Source of the DNA: Octopus sinensis
Taxonomy: Eukaryota
Length of the DNA stretch: 27,028 nt
Assembly (NCBI RefSeq): GCF_006345805.1
Contig: NW_021834064.1
Coordinates: 1 to 27,028, forward strand
Reading direction: 5' to 3'
In this document: in pieces, positions 20,957 to 27,028 of the stretch
How positions within the stretch are numbered: the first letter of the stretch is position 1
Layout of the letters: each line of letters opens with the position of its first letter
Position numbers and translations under genes: made by a program
Notes under the pieces: model-generated
What the model was told of the DNA's origin: nothing
Seen by the model: the letters and a program-made list of their open reading frames with translations, nothing else
Databases searched by the model: none

Positions 20957-21327
20957 AGCGAACGGTCTTCGTCCAAGAACTCGCAAGATGGGAGAAGTCC
21001 GAATCGTGGTCCTTTGCTATTCGTAAGACCCGCAGAAGAGAAAGCAGGTCAACCCCCCGACACCGAGAGCATCGACGGATGGATGAATGCGCATCCAGGC
21101 TCAGCGGTTGTGTAGGATGTCGGGGACAAGAAACAGGAAGAAAGAAAGAGAGAAAGTTGGAGCGAAAGAGTACAACAGGGGTCGCCACCCACCACGCCCT
21201 GCCGGATCATCGTGGAGCTCTAGGTGTTTTCGCTCAATAAACACACACAACGCTCGGTCTGGGAATCGAAACCACGATCCTCCGACCGCGAGTCCGCTGC
21301 ACTAACCATTGGGCCATTGCGCCTCCA
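20957..21327 (-). mobile_element. SINE with family A head/centre and an alternative 3' tail
   Basis: About 21129-21327 matches family A; 20957-21128 is unrelated to the A tail; TGTTGCTGTTG on both flanks (20946-20956, 21329-21339). Confidence 0.85.
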
Positions 21328-21408
21328 CTGTTGCTGTTGTTGTTGCTGCTTGTTAATCCTTTATTACCGCTACCGGTGTCGTTATATTGACACCAGTAGA
21401 AGCAATAA

Positions 21409-21705
21409 AGACTCCGCCGGTGTTACGACGACGAGGGGCCCAGCTGATACGATCAACGGAACAGCTTGCTCGTGAAATTCGTGCAAATGGCTGAGCATTC
21501 ACAGAAACGTGTACCCTAACGTAGTTCTCGGGGATAATCAGCGTGACCAGAGGTGAAAGGCTGACCCCATACAAGTACAACTCATTTTTGCCCAGCTGAG
21601 TGGACTGGAGCAACGTGATAAAAGTGTCTTGCTGACACAACGCGTCGCAATCGAAACTCACAAACCTTACGATCCGAATGCCCTAACCACTGCCACGCGC
21701 CATCA
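21409..21705 (-). mobile_element. SINE with family D head and family A tail, 15-bp target-site duplication
   Basis: CAGTAGAAGCAATAA at 21394-21408 and 21706-21720 brackets the whole element. Confidence 0.88.
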
Positions 21706-22067
21706 CAGTAGAAGCAATAAGGATAATCTTCGCTAATCCCATGACACTTCCACCCAAACATAATTTTACGTGTCACGCCAACGGCCTTGACCTCCTGCTC
21801 CCGCTCCTCCTTTTCCTTCTCCAATCCCATGATGCTTCAGTGCATGTGACGGTGACAAAGATTTCTTGTCTTTTGTATGTGTCTTTGTTGCTGTTATTAT
21901 TTTGTTGTTGGTTGGTTGGTTTGTTTTTGTAATTTTTTTTCCTTTTCTTATTTCCTTTTGCTATTGTGCGCACCTGTTTGACCTCATGGCAGTTCAGACA
22001 CGACTGGCTGACGTTCTGGACAATCGTTTGTGCCTTTTTTTTTTTTACAAGGAAAGGTGCGAAGAGA

Positions 22068-22190
22068 GGGAGGAGGAGGAGGAGGGGGGTGGGAAGAAGA
22101 AGAAGAAGAAGAAGAAGAAGAACAAAGAACAACAACAACAACAACAACAACAGCAATAACAACAACTGCGGTAGCAACAACAACAACAAA
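22068..22190. repeat. (GGA)n(GAA)n(CAA)n compound microsatellite
   Basis: Visible directly. Confidence 0.92.
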
Positions 22191-22523
22191 TGGTGGTAAA
22201 GCTGTCCCTGTTGTTTAGTTAGTTGGTTGGTATCCGTTATGGACTATAGTGTGGTGTGTGTGTGTGTGTTTCTGTCTGTCTGTCTGTCTGTGTGCGTGCG
22301 CGCGTATGTATCAGTGTGTGTATGTGAGTGTGTGTGTGCGTGTGTGCGCCTCCGCGAAGGGGATGTGTTACGCATGTGTGTGTATGAAGTGAATGTCTCC
22401 GTTGCATACATGTACATTAATGTAGGTGTGCTTAGAAAGAGAGAGAGGGAGAAAGAGAAAGAGAGAGAGAGGAAGAGAGAGAGTGAGCATGTATGGACAT
22501 AGGTGTGTTTGTCTATATGTGAC

Positions 22524-22558
<35 letters not shown>

Positions 22559-22978
22559 ATGTTTACCAATACTGGATGAATAGACCCCGCCCCTTGCTCG
22601 GTCTAAGTCCTCCATATGACCCTTTTTTAGCGGAGTCCGCTCTGTTGCAAATACCTGGGCCACGTCTCTTATTTAGGTATAACCCTACCCTTTCCATCCA
22701 CCAGTTACGGAAGACCTGAAAAAGGGTCATAGGTGCAGCATTTGTCCCTTTTACAGAGACGTAAACATTTTAAAAATGTATTCGATGTGCATAAAATTTG
22801 GGCAGGGAACGTATTGTTGTATAAGCCCCCAGTTCTGCTCTTAAACAAACTGAACTATATCGACTTGAGATGCGACTCACAGTTCTGTGGTCGAAGTTAT
22901 ACAACATGTCAGTGTAGCTAAGGACCATCAGAGACTATGAGAGGTGGATTCCCAGCGGCACAACAGCCCGGGGTCTGA

Positions 22979-23300
22979 AGAGTAGGAACAAGTAGGAACC
23001 CCTGTAGAACTCGAAATGTAGTTTACAGCATAAGATGCATAGAAGGTGCTTGTAAAGACATGAGCATGAAGTACATAGGGGTGACATCTAGGAGCATTGC
23101 GGAACGACTAAATGAACATCTGAGACAATATGATGACAAAAAACAGACCTCCATATTCTACCAGCATGCCAAAGACCACCATGGAGGCAACATGGGTCAA
23201 CTTGACATCCGCATCTAATCCAAGCACCCAAAAAAACAAACACTCAGACAAATACGGAGTACGTCCTTATAAATGAAATTTTCCCAATACTAAATGGGAA
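22979..23300 (+). pseudogene. GIY-YIG endonuclease fragment of a Penelope-like element
   Basis: Manual translation from 23003: CRTRNVVYSIRCIEGACKDMSMKYIGVTSRSIAERLNEHLRQYDDKKQTSIFYQHAKDHHGG..., in-frame TAA at 23216, then after a frameshift EYVLINEIFPILNGK; has VVY/YIG, conserved R, H, E, N and CCHH residues. Confidence 0.85.
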
Positions 23301-23382
23301 ATATACATAGTAGATATCATACCTCTATACCCACAGTTTACACAGGTAGAGTAGAATAGTTAGTGGGATGTTATGTAGAAAG

Positions 23383-23875
23383 ATGTATGTATGTGGGTGT
23401 GTATGTGGGTGTGTATGTGTGTATGGAAATGTATGTAAGCATATGGATATGAAAATAAACAGATCAACATACAGATGGATAGGTAGATAGGCTATATGAA
23501 CAGACAAACACACATACGCAAATGGAGACTGACACATATGACTATATATATACACACACTTTACTCCACACAAGGACACATATGGAGACACGTTTCCAAC
23601 ACATATAGAGATGCATATCCGTACTCACAAACATGGTACATAGTTGCAAAATACACACACAGACATGCACACACAAAGAGACACAGGTGTGTACATATAC
23701 AAACACACGCTCACACATACATACATAAAAAAAATACACAAACACAGACATGCAAGTACATGAATATGCAGAATACATACATACAGATGCACACACATAC
23801 ATACATGCATACATACACACATACATACGTACATGCATGCATGCATAGGCACACGCACACACACTGACTCACACA
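23383..23875. repeat. Degenerate (TG)/(CA)/(CATA) low-complexity tract
   Basis: Visible directly. Confidence 0.8.
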
Positions 23876-24142
23876 TCGGCTCAGAAACAAACAAAAAGGA
23901 ACGCAGTGTAAATATTGAAAAGGTTGCAAGACGCCAACGAACATTTTAGGAAAATAAAAATAAGAAATAAGTGGAAATTTTACCGGTGAGTGTGTTAAAT
24001 AATAAGGCACAAAAAGAAAATGACCCTCCCCAGACACACAGAATATGCTTCAACACATGAACTCACATAAAGAATCTTGCAAACCAAATCGAAAAACGAA
24101 ATATATATATGGAGATATATATATATATATATATATATATAC

Positions 24143-24280
24143 ACGACGGGCTTCTTTCAGTTTCCGTCTACCAAATCCACTCACAATGCTTTGGTCAGCC
24201 CGAGGCTATAGCAGAAGACACTTGCCCAGGGTGAAATGCAGTGAGACTGAACCCGGAACCATGGGTTGGTAAACAAGCTA
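24143..24280 (-). mobile_element. SINE family B 5' half
   Basis: CGACGGGCTTCTTTCAGTTTCCGTCTACCAAATCCACTCACAA...GACTGAACCCGGAACCATG. Confidence 0.88.
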
Positions 24281-24310
24281 TGTCTGCACACATACAATTA
24301 GAAAAAAATC

Positions 24311-24352
24311 ATATATATATATATATTATATATATATAATATATATATAATA

Positions 24353-24383
<31 letters not shown>

Positions 24384-24384
24384 G

Positions 24385-24429
<45 letters not shown>

Positions 24430-24468
24430 ATATATAACATATATAATATATATTATACATACATATAT
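24311..24468. repeat. (TA)n imperfect microsatellite
   Basis: Visible directly. Confidence 0.94.
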
Positions 24469-26200
24469 AAACTTAGATAAACTTAAATATGTTTCCACCA
24501 AAGATTGGTCCAGGCCATGTCTAACTTAATAGCACCACCTGATAGGATTATCTAAATCCTGTTTAAGTTAAGTTTTGTTTATGGTCATTCAAGTTCTTGT
24601 TGGGTGAGTTGTATCCAATTATGGGCGGCTTATCCCGTATTCCTTGAAGAAATCTGCCCAGACTCCGTTTAAAGGCGATGGGATCCTTTTCCTCTTTGAT
24701 CTCTTTCGGGACAATGTTAAACAGGGCAGGGCCTGTTGAAGAAAAGAAATTATGTTGCAGTGTACCTATATGCTGTGATCCTGAATTATGCAGGGGACGT
24801 ATAGCCCATGGTCCCAGCCTTGGATGAACCTTGAAACTAATGTTCAGGTCGTTTGGGCAAAGTTGGCGGTATATTCTCCACATCGTACAAATGATGTACC
24901 GCTCGCCGCGGCGCTGGAGAGAGTAGAGTTTCAATGCTTTAAGGCGGTCTCAGTAATCGAGAGCAGTCATGCCTTCAATTCGTTTAGGAGTGCCCTCTGG
25001 GGTGATTCAATCCTCGAGATGTTTTGTCTTGTATGGGGAGACCACAGTGGGCAGCAGTATTCGAGGTGTAGCCGTACAAAGGAGAAAAGTGGTATTATGA
25101 CACCTTGTACTCTGGACCGGAAAGTTCTTAAGATCCAGGAACTCATCCTACGAGCTATATCGACCTTATTATTGATGTGGGCACTCCAACTGAGATCGTC
25201 ATCAACAATTACACCCAGGTCTCTGACATTGTTAGAGGCTGTGAGCGGTTCCCCTGAACGAAGAGAGTATGGCTGTTTTAGTGTGGACTTTCTTCCAAAA
25301 TGCATCAGTTCAAATTTTTCCTCGTTCAGTTGCATTTTGTTTTTGCCTGCCCATTGACTCACAGTATATAGATCAGACTGGAGTTGAGTTCGCTCTGCCT
25401 CTTCATTGATGATTTGCTGGAGCTTAGTGTCATCAGCAAATATTTTCACTTTGCAGTGATGTACGACACTGGAAAGGTCGCTTATGTAAATTATAAAGAG
25501 TAGCGGGCCCAAGACAGTCCCCTGGGAGACACCGCTGGTGACTTTTGCTGGGCTTGAGTGGACTCCATCGACTACAACATGTTGTGTTCTATTCGCCAGG
25601 AAATACTCAATCCAGTGTAGAAGTTTTCCACGGATTCCAACATTTGCCAATTTTGAGAGTAGGATATTATGGTCAACCCTGTCGAACGCTTTACTGAAGT
25701 CAAGATATATGACATCAGAGTTCGAACCTGTTCCCAAGGCTTTAAGTATATCTTCAATTTGGTGTAAGAGCTGTGTTAGACAGTCTCTGCCACAGCGAAA
25801 GCCATGCTGATTTGCATTTAGGAGTTTGTGGGTCTCCAGGAAGTCAGCTATCCTTGATCTTAGCACTTTTTCAAACACTTTAATGATGTGGGAGGTGAGT
25901 GAGATTGGGCGATAGTTGACTGCGAGGGATCTGTTTCCCTGTTTGAAAATCGGGATGACAGCCTGGGATAGAAGTTGTTTGGGTATATAACCTGAGTCTA
26001 ACGAATTTCTCCAGAGGTTGGTCAGAGGGACTGCAAGTTGGTGTCTACATTCCTTCAGGAGACTAGCGGGGAATCTATCAGGGCCTACAGCAGAATAGTA
26101 TTTGACCTCGTTTATTACTGCTATGATGTCAGAGGCAGTGAAGGTTATGTCTGAGATTTTATGTTGGGAATCAACTTTGTTCGCTTCTCTTAACTTCAAT
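24468..26200 (-). mobile_element. 5'-truncated CR1-clade LINE
   Basis: RT ORF remnant, short 3' UTR and tandem AAGTTTAT tail. Confidence 0.9.
24563..26199 (-). pseudogene. CR1-type ORF2 reverse transcriptase fragment (frameshifted near 24970)
   Basis: GPD, NYRPISLTS, QHGFR, YLDFSKAFDRVDH, SGVSQGTVLGPLLF, FADDTKL, VRDLGV and LEYCCPLWSP, continuing in another frame as LKLYSLQRR. Confidence 0.93.
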
Positions 26201-26225
26201 ATACAAACATAAACACACGCAGACT

Positions 26226-26410
26226 TATACGTTTATATAATATATGTGCGTGTGTGTGTATGTGTGTAAGTGTGTGTATGTGTGTGTATGTGTATGTATG
26301 TGTATGCGTGTGTGTAGGAATCTTAGCATACGGGTGTTATGGTTGCGCACGTGTGTACACATGTGCGCTCCCACAACCGTCACCACCACCACACATACAC
26401 ACCCATATGC
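26226..26410. repeat. (TG)n/(TATG)n low-complexity tract
   Basis: Visible directly. Confidence 0.85.
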
Positions 26411-26679
26411 ATAATTGTCAATGTTACTGTACAAAAACAAAAGTTAACACTACGACCTTACTCCAATAGGAAGTGTGTTGCGTCCTATATTTGTCAAATA
26501 CATGCGAGATAAACAATGATTTCGTATTGGAACTGCGGTTTCGTTCGCTCGCTACTTTCATCCGCAGCACACGTCACTGGCTTTCAAAGGAGAGCAATAC
26601 AATTTGCTGTTCTATTGCCTTTCTTGTTTATTTCACATAAATCAAACACCCATACGCAAATACAAGTACAGTCATTGAA

Positions 26680-26836
26680 ATATATATCTCTGTGTGTGTG
26701 TCTGTGTGTGTGTAATATCCGCATACACACATACACATAAAAAATACATACATGTATGCGTACATACATCCATATGTGTGTGTATGTGTGTGCGTGTATG
26801 TGTGCGTGTATGTATAATATACACGTACATACATAA

Positions 26837-26882
<46 letters not shown>

Positions 26883-26921
26883 GTATGTATGTATGTATTA
26901 ATGTATGTATGTATATATATA
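26680..26921. repeat. Compound (TG)/(TACA)/(TA)/(TATG) microsatellite
   Basis: Visible directly. Confidence 0.9.
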
Positions 26922-27028
26922 GTGCGTGGTAAGTAGCTTGCTTATCAACCAAATGGTTCCGGGATCAGTCCCTCTGCGTGGCACCCTGGGCAAGTGTCTT
27001 CCACCATAGCCTCATGCCGACCAAAGCC
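26922..27028 (+). mobile_element. SINE family B 5' part, cut by the window end
   Basis: GTGGTAAGTAGCTTGCTT...TGGTTCCGGGATCAGTCCC...CCTGGGCAAGTGTCTT. Confidence 0.9.

Noticed and set aside
22615-22731. 13-bp inverted repeat TATGACCCTTTTT/AAAAAGGGTCATA as MITE termini
   Set aside because: Short, partly homopolymeric, no evident TSD and no second copy in the window.
22971-23022. CTGAAGA...CGAAATGTA as a hammerhead
   Set aside because: No stem I pairing, stem II is out of register, and it overlaps the GIY-YIG coding remnant.
24788-25810. Plus-strand ORFs of 189 and 90 aa
   Set aside because: Antisense shadows of the CR1 RT frame.
26530-26570. Minus-strand CGGAUGA...CGAAAC hammerhead-like motif
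   Set aside because: Core is mutated and stems I and II are not convincing.

Overview
Eukaryotic, repeat-saturated non-coding DNA (intronic or intergenic), most likely from an octopus: the tRNA-derived SINE families and the microsatellite load resemble those I recall from Octopus genomes (inference, no search run). No host protein-coding gene can be supported, and nearly all ORFs in the track are translations of microsatellites or SINEs. Real coding remnants are (i) a 5'-truncated, frameshifted R4/Dong-clade non-LTR retrotransposon (RT C-terminus, CCHC knuckle, restriction-like endonuclease) embedded in a (TAA)n array, (ii) a 5'-truncated CR1-clade LINE RT, and (iii) a Penelope-like GIY-YIG endonuclease fragment missed by the ORF track. 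More than 20 SINE copies fall into four head types (my labels A-D) that swap 3' tails. The most notable non-obvious signal is a set of Penelope-like remnants beside or within (TA)n microsatellites. These carry type-I hammerhead ribozyme motifs: one with an intact core and an unusually long stem II (5752-5839, +), one minimal with a variant core (3514-3551, -), and a half motif inside an inverted-repeat element. The family-B SINE tail also shares a motif-plus-hairpin architecture with the 3' end of the CR1 LINE.
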